A stretch of 63,920 nt of DNA, filler included, from Reticulomyxa filosa (taxonomy: Eukaryota > Protista > Foraminifera), in the NCBI GenBank assembly GCA_000512085.1. It is 20 parts of 20 records of this genome, joined end to end, with 100 filler letters (N's around TTAATTAATTAA, not from the genome) between each part and the next. Parts side by side here need not be neighbours in the genome. Positions count along the whole stretch, not along the records: positions 52,259 to 54,822 come from ASPP01000612.1; positions 54,923 to 61,332 come from ASPP01006916.1; positions 61,433 to 62,504 come from ASPP01006880.1; positions 62,605 to 63,920 come from ASPP01028451.1; 16 more parts are not named here. The stretch is one strand, 5' to 3'. Numbering within the stretch: the stretch's first letter is position 1; every line of letters begins with the position of its first letter. Below, piece after piece: positions 52,680 to 63,920 of this stretch. Made by a program: the position numbers and the translations under genes. The notes below the pieces were generated by a model. It saw only the letters and a program-made list of their open reading frames with translations. It made no database searches and was not told the DNA's origin.

Positions 52680-54822
52680 ATTCTTTCTTGTTCATTTTGG
52701 GTTTTTCGTTTGTTATATATCTGATCTCGTTCAAAAGCGCAATATCTAATATATAAGAGTTTTTGACTAGAAAAAATTTTACTAGTTAAAAAAATTTTCT
52801 TTTTTTAGTAGTTTGAAAGCATTTTCTTTGTATCTTTGTTTTTGTTTCTGTTTTCGCCACAATCTTGTTGACGACGAAAATCGAAGATTAACTTCGAACT
52901 TCTTTCAGATACTGCTAGATGTTGCAGTATCTAGTTGTTCTGTGCTTGCCTTCCTTCAAAATACAACTTTTTTTTCAAAAGTTTATCTCGATGACGAAGG
53001 ATTTTTTTTTCTTTCAATTTTGTTCGTCATTCTTTCTTGTTAATCGACTATTCATTTTGAGTGTTATTATCTTGTATATATCTGATCTCGCGCAAAATCG
53101 CAATATCAGATATCTGAAAGTTTTCGTAAAAAGATTTTTTATCACATAAAAAAAAATTTTTTTTAGTATGAAATACTTGCACACTTTGCGTTTCTTTGGG
53201 CATTCACGAGCAATATGGTTCAATCTGTAGCAGTTTCTACATTGCTTGAAATGCGACTTTGGTCTTGATTTATTTTTATCGAATAGTCCCACTTTCACCA
53301 TTGAATATCCAATCTGAATGTCATTTCAGGATTAATCACTTTTGTTCATCAGCATCACATCTTGGCTGCCTTACAATTCTTTGCTTTCCGTCATTATTTT
53401 CTTTCTTTTCAATTTGTCCATTTTTGATATTATTGAAATTTTGAGCAAGTTGCATTAGTTGCTGCTCATTGACATCAACCGCAAAATGAATAAATAATGT
53501 TTGGAAATTTTCAGAAAATGTATGTGCTAATACTTTTCTGGACAATGCATTCTTGTTCCTTAATCCAAGAAACTTAATTACTGTCGCACTGCTTTTTGCC
53601 CTCTATACCTGCACAAACTCAGGCCTTTCTAGTTAAAAAAGCACCTCGTTCTAAGAAATAGAACAGTAAACAAAAGACAACCAAAAGGTCCACACAAAAA
53701 TTGTGCTTCCATCAGGTTAGATAAGAAATACCGTGGCATAATATGTCTTGGATTATCCAATCCTTCACATATCCAATGTCTATTCAATCCATGGTTATTC
53801 AGAAATGCAGCTGATCTGTGTGGAATCAAATCTGGTGCGAGCATTATTTGCAACAAGATCCACTTTATAATTTCCAGGAATCCTTTAATCCAATAGATCT
53901 CATCAAATGATTTCAATTTTTTTGGCAATCCGTAATTGGCAATTTATAGATATCAAAATCCCATTTGTTGAATATTGCATTAATCACGAACTTGCAATCG
54001 GTCAGGGTAATCACTCTTCCACAATGGAATCTGTACCAGGATTGGGATATGTGCTTCCATCGCAAATATCACAACGCAGTCATCCAACGATACCAGAATC
54101 TGGTCTGATGTTGGTTCATTGAAGATTGCAAAAGGTGGTTTTATTCGATTGTGGCATCATTGCAATTTGCATTGGTGGAACATTTGGGATTGTATGTGAA
54201 TCAGGTTAAACTATCGGCACTCCAGCCTCAGCTGCAGAATACATCTACGAGATAATGCTGACAATTTACCAATCCATGAGATATAATTCAAATGTGTCTT
54301 TGTCTCGATTCATTTCAAGTCTTGTATGCAATACAAGATTATGATCATTGAATCGACCTGACCATCTGCAACTTCACTTCTTCTTGTCTTCGTCAAGAGG
54401 AAGTTGTGATATAACATTGACTGTGTCATAAGCAGTTTGGTTCATCACACCAAGAATTCGACACATTGCAATTCTTTGTATTCGTTACAATCGTTTCTTA
54501 TGGATGTCTGCTGCACCATTTCAAAATGCAGATGCATACTCAAGACTCGGACGGATGATTGTCTTGTATATTAGATTATAAGTATGTCAAATATCTTGCT
54601 GCCTTGCCATAGACATAATTGACATGCTTGGAATAAGTCATGTGAGAATTGAGGAACAATCCAAGATACTTCACATGATCATATTCCTTTAAATTTGACT
54701 GTTTCAATGTCAATTGCATCAATAACAATTCGTCTGTGTTGTGTCAAGACTGGAATCTTGCTTGTGTTTGATGTAATACTGATAATTCGTTCCATCAATT
54801 TACCAACACTTGATAACAAGCA
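52680..54822 (-). mobile_element. Decayed non-LTR retrotransposon (LINE with RNase H): RT, RNase H and gag-like CCHC remnants
   Basis: LLSSVGKLMERII (RT start). VKYLGLFLNSHMTYSKHVNYV..KA and YKTIIRPSLEYAS..RIQRIAMCRILG (RT thumb). DGSTYPNPG and IYWIKG/IPGNYKVDLVA (RNase H). QCRNCYRLNHIARECP knuckle. Many stops and deletions. Confidence 0.88.
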
Positions 54823-55524
54823 NNNNNNNNNNNNNNNNNNNNNNNNNNNNNNNNNNNNNNNNNNNNTTAATTAATTAANNNNNNNNNNNNNNNNNNNNNN
54901 NNNNNNNNNNNNNNNNNNNNNNTTTTTTTTTTTTTGTATTTTTTGTTGTTAAAAAAACCTACCACTCCGCTGCTTGTTTTGTTTTGGCCCGTGGGTTATC
55001 TCCTTGTGTTCTCGTTTTACTGCTTTTTTTTCATTTTTTTGAAGTTGGCCAATGTCGTTTTTAAAATTGATGTTTGGATTTGGATTCTTGTGGTTATATG
55101 TGTTGAGATTAGTGGATTGTCGCCCTATTGTCCTTATTTTTTTTAATTAAATCCACTATCTTACTTTCAACACCCAAAACAAACTTAATTAATAACTATT
55201 ATCTTGCGTTTATTGTTGTTTCTTTCAAATAAAAACGACGGATCTGATTTATGGTTAAAAAGCACTTGTTCTTGACAGAATGTGGTTTCATTACTTCAAA
55301 AAATTTAGTTGTAATTACAATCTAATTCAAGACAAATAGTTTTTTGTACTATTTGAAATTATGCATTGGTCAAATTTTCTTGCTTATGAAAGCACGTAAG
55401 ATGAAAACAATTAAAAGATAATAATGAATAATTCTACTTCTCACGGTGGTAAAGAAGAAAAGGGAAAACAACAACTGGTAAAATATAGATTTTTTTTTTT
55501 GCTTATCTTCAATTTTATTAAGTT

Positions 55525-57401
55525 ATGAATTCTGATCAAGGTAAGTATTCACTTTGTGCGATTTTTTTATTTTTATTTTTTAATTATTTGTTCTTTTATA
55601 TTTAGTCGTCTCTCGATCGTCGTCACATGAACGAGACAGAAGTCGTTCAAGACACAAAGACGGGTATTATTTTGTTTTGTGTGTTCGACAACATCCAATG
55701 TAAAAGGATAGTAAAAATGAAAAAAACAACAAACATGACACAAAAAGCCATCACGACATGGACGGATCACCACGCAAACAACAAGACACAAAATCGAGCA
55801 AAGAAGTGAAAAGAAACACAGAACGGAAAGACTCGTATCCGGAGAGCGAGAGACGCACAAACAAAGACAGCAAACACGAGCACGAGAAGAGTTACGACAA
55901 CAATGAAAATCGTAAGGATAACCACGAAGCAAAGAAGTTTGACAGTCCAAGAGGAGGAGGAAGAGAAGATGAAAGACCCAAGTCACAAGACAGAACCCGA
56001 AGCCGTACTCGAAGTCGCAATCGTGACCGAGACCACGAGCGTGATCGCGACCGTGAGCATGACCGTGATCGCGACCGCGACCGTGACCGTGACCGTGACC
56101 GTGATCGCGATCGTGACCGCAATCGTAACCGCAGTCGGAGTCGCACTCGAAGTCGAACTCGCAGCAGAACTCGCAGTCGATCGGCGCTCAGTGATAAACA
56201 TTACAACCAGCGATCTAGCCACTCAAGATCGCGAACTCGTAAAGATAGACAGTCGACCCAAGACCGCAGAGACAGAAGCAAAAATAGATCAAGTCGCAGA
56301 AGAGATGATGATAGAACTAGTATGTCCATTTCTCGTCCCTAACAATTTTTTTTTTTTTTGGGGGGGGGGGAGGGGGGAACCTAGTTTTTTTTTTGATCTT
56401 GGAAATTTCTTGCTTTTTTTTTTATCTTTTTTTTGTAATGTGGAGGCTGAGAAGTTTAAAGTTTGGTTCTTTTGGTGGCAAATTGTTTGGGTTTGAAAAA
56501 TGGTGGTTTGGAATATCAACCTGGTTAACCTGGTTGTGGGAGTCCCACGTGGTTGTCCATGTCATATGGTTGGCTTTGGTTGTGGAAGAGTGCTCGTTAC
56601 CAAAAACTTGGCTTGGATCACTTTAGGATTTTGGAGCAACCACCTGTGAGTGTCTTGCTTCTCATTTGGGGAAAAAAAATAATTTTTTTTTTTTTTTTTT
56701 TTGGCTTGTTGACGAATGACGTAGTTTTTATTCCACCAAACGATGTTGAATTAATTAGTTTTCCATTTTTTTATTTTTTTTTATTTTTTTGATATGGCGC
56801 AAGGAAAGAATGAATAATGAGAAAAACAAAATAAAAAAAGTGTTTTGCGAGTTTGACAAGAGAAATAAAATGAGACAATTTTTTAATTAAAACCATTGGC
56901 AATTTTTTTTAATTTTTTTTTTTTTTTTGTTAATTTAAATAATTTTAGATTTTTGAAACAAAAATTAATTGTTTGTTTGTGCCACTTTTTTTACAGCTTA
57001 TCGCAATGAAAAGTGCTTCCATTGTGGAGATATGGGCCATTGGTATGACAACAATTTGTATTCTCTTTTTATGTGTTAGACTGATATTCTTGTAATTTTT
57101 TTTGCTTTCTTTCAAAAAAAAGGGCAAGAGATTGTCCAGACTTTGACGGAAGAGATCGCTGTTTTCATTGTGCAAAGCCGGGACACCTTGCAAAAAATTG
57201 TCCTGAGTTAAGTAATTTTATAATTTGAGGAAAAAACAGAATAAGTGGTAGAGACCGTTTTAAGGCTATGTATGTGATTAAACTATTTATGTTTATGTGT
57301 GGTGTTGAATATTTATTAGCAAAAGACAAGGTCGAGCAGGATATCGTGGACGGCATCACGGAAACTATCCAATGCGAAAAAGTTACAGATCACGAAGTTA
57401 A
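55525..57401 (+). CDS. RS/RD-rich protein with two CCHC zinc knuckles (SR-related RNA-processing factor), six exons
   Basis: Phase-consistent exons 55525-55540, ~55606-55663, ~55712-56319, 56998-~57043, ~57123-57207, ~57320-57401. (RD)n and (RS)n tracts. CFHCGDMGH|WARDC and CFHCAKPGHLAKNC. Confidence 0.85.
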
Positions 57402-57777
57402 ACCTTTTAATACGTGGCGACACTTTAATATTCACTTTCACACACTTTGCGTGATTGTAAGTGATCATTTGAAAAATTTTCAATTTTACTTTTGGAGGAT
57501 TTGGCAAACTTGTCAAATGGCGAAGTAATATTTGGGTCTGTATTTGCGGGAGGATAAGTTCAATGGAATATCGCAACTAATCAATTCAAACAAAAAATCA
57601 CAATTCAAAAAAATATTTTCTTTACATTGCTAAAGTTTCAATGGAATTTATTATTAAAATATTAAAATGTGATTATTAAGCCACGACGAAGATAAAAAGT
57701 TTTAATATACCAAAAATATGAATTGAAACGCTTGACAGTCAAAGAGGCTCTCAAGGTACATCTTTTTGGCAAACAAA

Positions 57778-58911
57778 ATGCACACCAATATGTTAGATTC
57801 AGAAAAAACTGGCAGTCATGAGCAGTTAAATGCTAACTCTAAATCTGAGTTACATTCTGTCAGCCACATACCGTCAATTGCGTCTGATTCATGCTTTACA
57901 AACACGTCTGACGGATGTGCAACTCTACCTATTGTTGAAACTACTTTGGCTCACGATTCTCAGATGTCTTTGCCTTTTTATAACTTTAGCAAATTATCAG
58001 TTCGTAAAAACGAAACAAATGAAATGAGGTCAAAAACATCGAATATTAGTCAAGAAAGTCTGACGTCTCCGCATGCTCTTGCACAAAACAACCGAAAAGG
58101 TTTATTTGAAGGAAAGACAAAAGACGGTGTCGGTCACCCCATGGTAAATAATAATGATAATGGAAGAGAACATGTCGTTCCCACAAGACAATTAGTTTCA
58201 CAAAAAGGCGCAAAATCAATGCAAAGAGATGCCAGTCGCATCCAACGCCAACATGTGTCTCACAAAAATGTTCAAGATAGCAAAAACCGCTCAGGAGCAC
58301 CAAAAGAAGGCACACCCACAAAAAGCAAGTCAGACGCATCCAAGAAGGATTCAAAGCGATCTGAAAAAAAGCGCAATGAGAACAGTTTGAGTTATGGCAA
58401 AAGCACGGTCAAAAACGGCAGTCGTCACACTAGCATAACAAAAGAAGCAAGTGCTAGTTACAGTGCTTTGCTTGCGAACAGTTAAGACAAGGGCATGTCG
58501 ATCGACAAAAGTATTGTTGCACTCCATTTGTTTTCTGGTTTTTTTTATTCCGTTTTCTTTTTTTTTTTGGTTTTCAAAAAAAAAAAAAAAGGTATGTACA
58601 TAAACGTATACTTATGCACAAAGGACAAGACAATGATGTGTTGGTAAGAAGAATGGGGAGCATAAGCAACGACGATAAAGACAGCAAGGACAAAGAAGAA
58701 GAGAAAAGCACAGCAAATAGAAAATCGAATGAAAACAAAGAAAACAGTGAGCGGTTTAACGGGATGGCAGAGGCAGCACAAACGAAAAGTAATTTCGTGA
58801 CATTTAGACCCAAGACAAGCAATTATTCCAACAAAACGACCCCGGTTTTGCAAACACAAACATCACAGTATCATACCAGTAATGTGCAAAAAAAGATGGC
58901 TCGATCATTCC

Positions 58912-58943
<32 letters not shown>

Positions 58944-61254
58944 AATGACAGTAATGATAATGATACGAAAATACAAAAAAAAGAAAAAGAGAAAAAAATA
59001 GAGTCAGAGAGGAAAGACATGAGAAGCAAAGAAAAAGCAAAAGCAAGAGCAAGGAGAACACCAAAGTGCAAGAACAAAGAGAAAAAGATTTCGAAGTCAC
59101 GTTATCACAAAGCAATAAGAAAAGCTTGGAAGAGACAAAAAAGCGAAGAAAACAACCCAAACACGAAAAAAAAGATCAAGCAAAATCGAGCATGTAGACA
59201 ACAGTTCGCCATCGAAGACGTATCCAAAACCATATTTCACAGATACCGCATTGACGCCTTCCAGTAAAGACGGGCATCAACATATTGCAGATTATTTGTC
59301 ACTGCCACTGTCGACGAGGACGCTGTCGCAGCAAACGGAAGAAGATGGAGGGAGAGGCAACAACGGCAGCAGCGACAAAGGGGATAGTGAGAACGAGAGC
59401 GAGGAGAAACTGAATCCACCTCGATTCCAAGTCAATGGTAAGCTATACACTCTTTTTCCGTCCAATGAAAGAGCCTTCACACATCCATATTTTGCCAACG
59501 AGAAAAATCATTACACGAATCAAAATCAAGAGTCCATTCAACGTACTCCGAGTTTATTTATCCAAAAAAAAAAAAAAAAAGATTTGTTTATATATAAATA
59601 TGTACGTATACGTAAATTGAGTGTACGTATACGTATAAACAAACGGAACAGAAGAGTCAGACTCAGAGCCAGAACCAGAGCCAGAATTGCAAAAACATCA
59701 ATTGCTATTGATAAAGAATCAAAGCAACAACAAAATGAATCCAAGTGGCATCGCACTGCAGAACGCAGTCACCTCACCCGCCGTTGGACAGCTTTGCTTT
59801 TTGTTTAGTGACGAAGAAACAGAGGACAAAGAGAAGAGAAAAGACAAGCAACACAGCAACAACGCGCACGAACAAGTGCCAGCTCCAAGTCCGATAGATA
59901 CGTTTGGAGTCGGTGCGACGGAATCGATGGAGTTGGCAAAACAGAGTAACCACCCTTTGGGCAATGACGAAAATCAAAGTGAATGCAGCGACATTGAGTC
60001 CTCCAAGAGTCATTCTTCAAGAATTTTGGACAGTCCAAGATGGAAATATCATTTACAACCATTTGTCACACATTTACCGAACGTCCATCGTGACAATACC
60101 ATTGTTTTTCAACCGAATCTAGAGTCTGTTATTCATAACCAATCGCCGCAATCACCTGCTGCATTTGGCTTCAAACGCAATCATTTTAAAGCCTATCGCA
60201 AACGAGTGTCCTATCATCTGCGTCCCTTGCACGACCTTGCACGAGTAGACACGTCTGACAGCCTTGCTATTCAAGCGTCGACTTCCAATAGACTCAACAT
60301 GGGTCACTTTCAAGCGACTCACTATGACAACGCTTGCATTCGAAATACAAACCTGCTGTCCGAACATTCCAAAATTAAAAAGTCGTCACGAGAAGACGAT
60401 GTAGAAGAAGAAGAAGAAGAAGAAGAAGAAGAAGATGATGATGATGAATACAATAACGATGATAATAATAATGACAATGATAATGATAATGATAATGATA
60501 ATGATGACGATAAAAATGACAATGGACTCAATTATCTACCATCGACCTTACCTGTTCAATGCCTCATAATGCCACCAGAAGAGACGACGTATAATAATTG
60601 TAAGAGTAACAGCGATAGTGATAATGATAATGATAATGACAGCGATGATGACGATAATAACAATCAAGAAACACGCGCACGAAAACATAAAAAAATCTCT
60701 TCCATGTTCACCGTTGATTGGATCCTGTCCACTTTGCACACGCAACATAATGACGATGCTAATGTTAATGTTAATATTAATGTTAATGTTAATGCTAATG
60801 CTAATGCTAATGCTAATGCTAATGCTAATGCTAATGTCAATGTGAACGACGACGATAAAGAGGAGGCAATGATAGCAAGGCCATTGACTCAAGATAATCC
60901 CTCTGCCTCCTCTTCTACCTCTACTGTCGTTGCCGAGATGATTCAAACAGCACAACAAGCGTTTTTGAAAAATGAATTTGATGAGTCATTGAAAATATGG
61001 AGCATGTTGCTTTCTTATGCGGAAGGAATGCCTTATTTATACGTAGGGTATGCCATACTTTTGTGTTTCGGATTCCATCGGTTCGAAGAGGCGGAGGGCT
61101 ACTTGCAAAAAGCACTTTCATTAGAGCCTGATAATATTATTTTCATCCGACACTTGGGAAATATTTATATGGAATGGCAGCATTACGCAAAGGCAATAGC
61201 ACAATATCGACAAATCATTGACATTTACAATGACTCCGTTGACACACATAACGG
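57778..61254 (+). CDS. Large low-complexity protein with C-terminal TPR repeats, 3' truncated
   Basis: Chain of long + ORFs split by introns and one probable homopolymer frameshift (~59228). TPR-like FHRFEEAEGYLQKALSLEPDNIIFIRHLGNIYMEWQHYAKAIAQY. Poly-Q, poly-E, (DN)n and (AN)n tracts. Confidence 0.7.
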
Positions 61255-63920
61255 TATGTTCGTAGTATACTTTTCCCTCCCTCCAATTATTATATGTATA
61301 CGCATATATACGTATATGCAAATATCACACACNNNNNNNNNNNNNNNNNNNNNNNNNNNNNNNNNNNNNNNNNNNNTTAATTAATTAANNNNNNNNNNNN
61401 NNNNNNNNNNNNNNNNNNNNNNNNNNNNNNNNTTCGAATATTCTCAAACAAAAATTTTTAAAAAGCTTATCTTCACACAATCGATCATATTCACAAAATG
61501 CTTTTTGTGACAAGTACGTTTTATCTTGTACTTGTATTGCAGAAGATTGCTTGATATCATCTCGTATTTGAGTTTTTATTCACAACTTCTATTTACTTGA
61601 AGAAAAAATCGAATTGAAAAAAGTGAACTTCAATTTTGAACAATGAAATCAGCAGAAAACCAATTATTAAAAAAATACCTGTCACTAGTGCTTGAATCAC
61701 ATGTTGTAATTTAATATTTTTATTTACAAAACTTCTTTATTTTCCTTTTGTAAAGTGTTACACTGTGTTGATAGAAAAGATTTGCATTGTTTCCAAAAAA
61801 AATAATGAAAATATAAGTTGCACATGAATTTTCTCATCAATACAACTTTACTATATTCAATTTCTTTCTTTTTTTTATCTTCTATCAGCATCCAACCCAA
61901 AACTTAACAAGTGAAGTGCTTTTGCATTTGCCACTATCCCAGTAAGCAATTTATCGGATGGATTTACAAACTCGTGGTAACTTGATATCTTACCAAGCAT
62001 CCACAAATTGCCAGGCATAACAATGTCATAAAAAATACTGCATTAAATCTAGATAGAGCATAATGTATTTTTGCCTTTCCCTATTCGAAAAATAATTTCA
62101 AACAAGAAAACTAATTTCTTTAATCAAACAATTATATACAAATTGCCAATCAAGTATTCCACTTCTTTGTCGTTAAATTTTTTTACTGAAGAAGAAAACA
62201 AAGTGATAAATCAATTGAAATAAATTTAAGACTTATTTAGTTGACACAAAATAAGGTCAAAAGTATTCATATCCAAGAATTTATACCAATAGAAAACAAA
62301 AATATTAAGTCAGATTCACTAGCTGGTAGACATTCCAGCCTGGACTCTTCTGGAATTGTTATCAAGCAAGACATTATAGATACAAAAATAAAAAAAATGG
62401 AACCAACCCCTTTTTGAGCGCCTTTTCGGTTGTATAATTTTGTCTTCAATTTTTCAGCAGAATTTTAGCTTTGGCTATTTTTTAAATATTCTTCATGAGC
62501 ATAGNNNNNNNNNNNNNNNNNNNNNNNNNNNNNNNNNNNNNNNNNNNNTTAATTAATTAANNNNNNNNNNNNNNNNNNNNNNNNNNNNNNNNNNNNNNNN
62601 NNNNTTTGAGGTTGTTTGAATACACATATTTCAGTTCTCAAGGACAGATTTTTTTATCAGCGTTTACATCTCAAAAGTTCATCACTTAAGTATTTTCTTT
62701 TCCTTTGCGATTGATTTTGATTCATATTTCTTGGTACGCATGATAGAGCAAAAAGTTCTGTTTCATTGAAACAAATGAACCCATTTTCTTTGGCAATTTA
62801 TAAATATTATGAAAATAGATACATTCTGTTGAATTATCGTAGTTTGTAAAGTATCATGTTTAATAAATTTAAATGTATTTAAATCAAACACACTAACATA
62901 TTTCATCACAAATGTATGTTGATTGTATGATAAAAATAACAAGCTCTTTAAAAGTGATGAAAAGTGTTCAAGAGTTGAAAAAAAAGATGGAGTATTTGAT
63001 GGGCATGCATTTGGATCGTTTAATGAGAATATTTACTCAATATAGCCAAAATTTGGGAACAAAAATCGAAGACAGCACAAATATATTTGCTGAAAAAGAG
63101 TATTTGTACATACATCTATGTATATGATATACAAAAATATAAACACCAACTGCTGAATGATCATCCCTCAAATAAACAGCCAAAAATACGAAATACATTA
63201 CAGTCCAAGACAAAGTGACGGTGACGGAGCAGCAAACAACAAATTTGTACATTTTTTTGGAAAAGAAAAAGAAAAACCATTAATAGTAAATACATTTTGT
63301 GTGCATTAGCTTATTTGCTGTTTGGTACTGATGTCGGGAGAAACCCAGATTGCATTTTATTACATCAAGTGATGTTATATCTCATTAAAAATGATGCGAC
63401 AACTACCTTTGAGGTATTCTTTGGTAAATCGATGTTGATGCCAATTGCACCTTCTGAGCCACTTCTGCGGCAAGAAATAAGTATGAAATCTTAGAATCTT
63501 GTTTTTCAAAAGTGTACAAGTATTTTGGCGCTTTGATCAAGTGGTGAATACAATGTATCCCCCAAAAGGAAGACAATAATCGAAGGGGTAATTGAAAAAT
63601 AGTACGGTATTGAATTAGAATAAGACTCAAACACAAATAAACCAAACTAAGACAAATGCACCAAACATCTTTGAGTAAAATTGGGTGTTTGCATCTAAAT
63701 ACGCTTTTTGTTAAAATAAAAATTGATTCCAATATTATATTGTAATTATCTCCTAACAATTCAAAGAAAAAACTTTGTGCATTTTCATTTGTTTTTTTTA
63801 GACATAAATTACGAATTTTTTTAATGATGTGCCAAATTCTTCGAGTTTATCATTCAGAGGTGGACATTCAAATTTAAAAAAACGCAATCAGTTAATTTCC
63901 AAAAATCAAAACACTTTTCT

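Noticed and set aside
56430-56620. Minus-strand open reading (…NHMTWTTTWDSHNQVNQVDIPNHHFSNPNNLPPKEPNF…) inside the long intron
   Set aside because: No start or splice signals on that strand, and the + strand intron interpretation fits better.
6970-59235. Programmed ribosomal frameshifting suggested by single-base shifts at ~6977, ~10750, ~16535, ~24190 and ~59228
   Set aside because: Most fall in homopolymers or microsatellites, go in both directions, and one is in the bacterial contig. Sequencing error or pseudogenisation is simpler. Raw reads would settle it.
61433-63920. Protein-like fragments in the last two contigs
   Set aside because: Probably decayed pseudogenes, but no family or boundaries could be supported.
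1-63920. CRISPR arrays, rRNA, tRNA, prophage or bacterial defence operons
   Set aside because: None recognised by eye. A tRNAscan-SE/Infernal run is needed to exclude small RNAs.

Overview
This window is not contiguous DNA. It is 20 short contigs joined by an artificial 100-nt spacer (N-run, TTAATTAATTAA, N-run), so gene neighbourhoods across spacers mean nothing. Nineteen contigs are very AT-rich, intron-containing protist DNA. The expanded WD40, Kelch and TPR families, many pseudogenes and (TA)n-rich introns resemble the foraminiferan Reticulomyxa filosa; this is my inference from family recognition, not a search result. One contig (6167-7516) is GC-rich bacterial DNA (UspA, receiver-domain protein, GST), most likely contaminant. 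Recognisable host genes are HMCES/SRAP, ERp29, a mitoferrin-type carrier, a coiled-coil/PH protein, an RS protein with two zinc knuckles, a twin-CX9C membrane protein, TPR proteins and several WD40/Kelch copies. A decayed LINE is also present. The best leads are: (1) a ~33-aa motif found N-terminal of WD40 propellers, C-terminal of a Kelch propeller and in a TPR-WD40 fusion, possibly an undescribed adaptor box; (2) an EF-hand/CLASP-TOG fusion, a candidate Ca2+-responsive microtubule regulator; (3) an unusually long intron with a candidate poison exon in the RS gene. Exon boundaries were read by eye and are approximate. Several single-base frameshifts fall in homopolymers and are probably sequencing errors.
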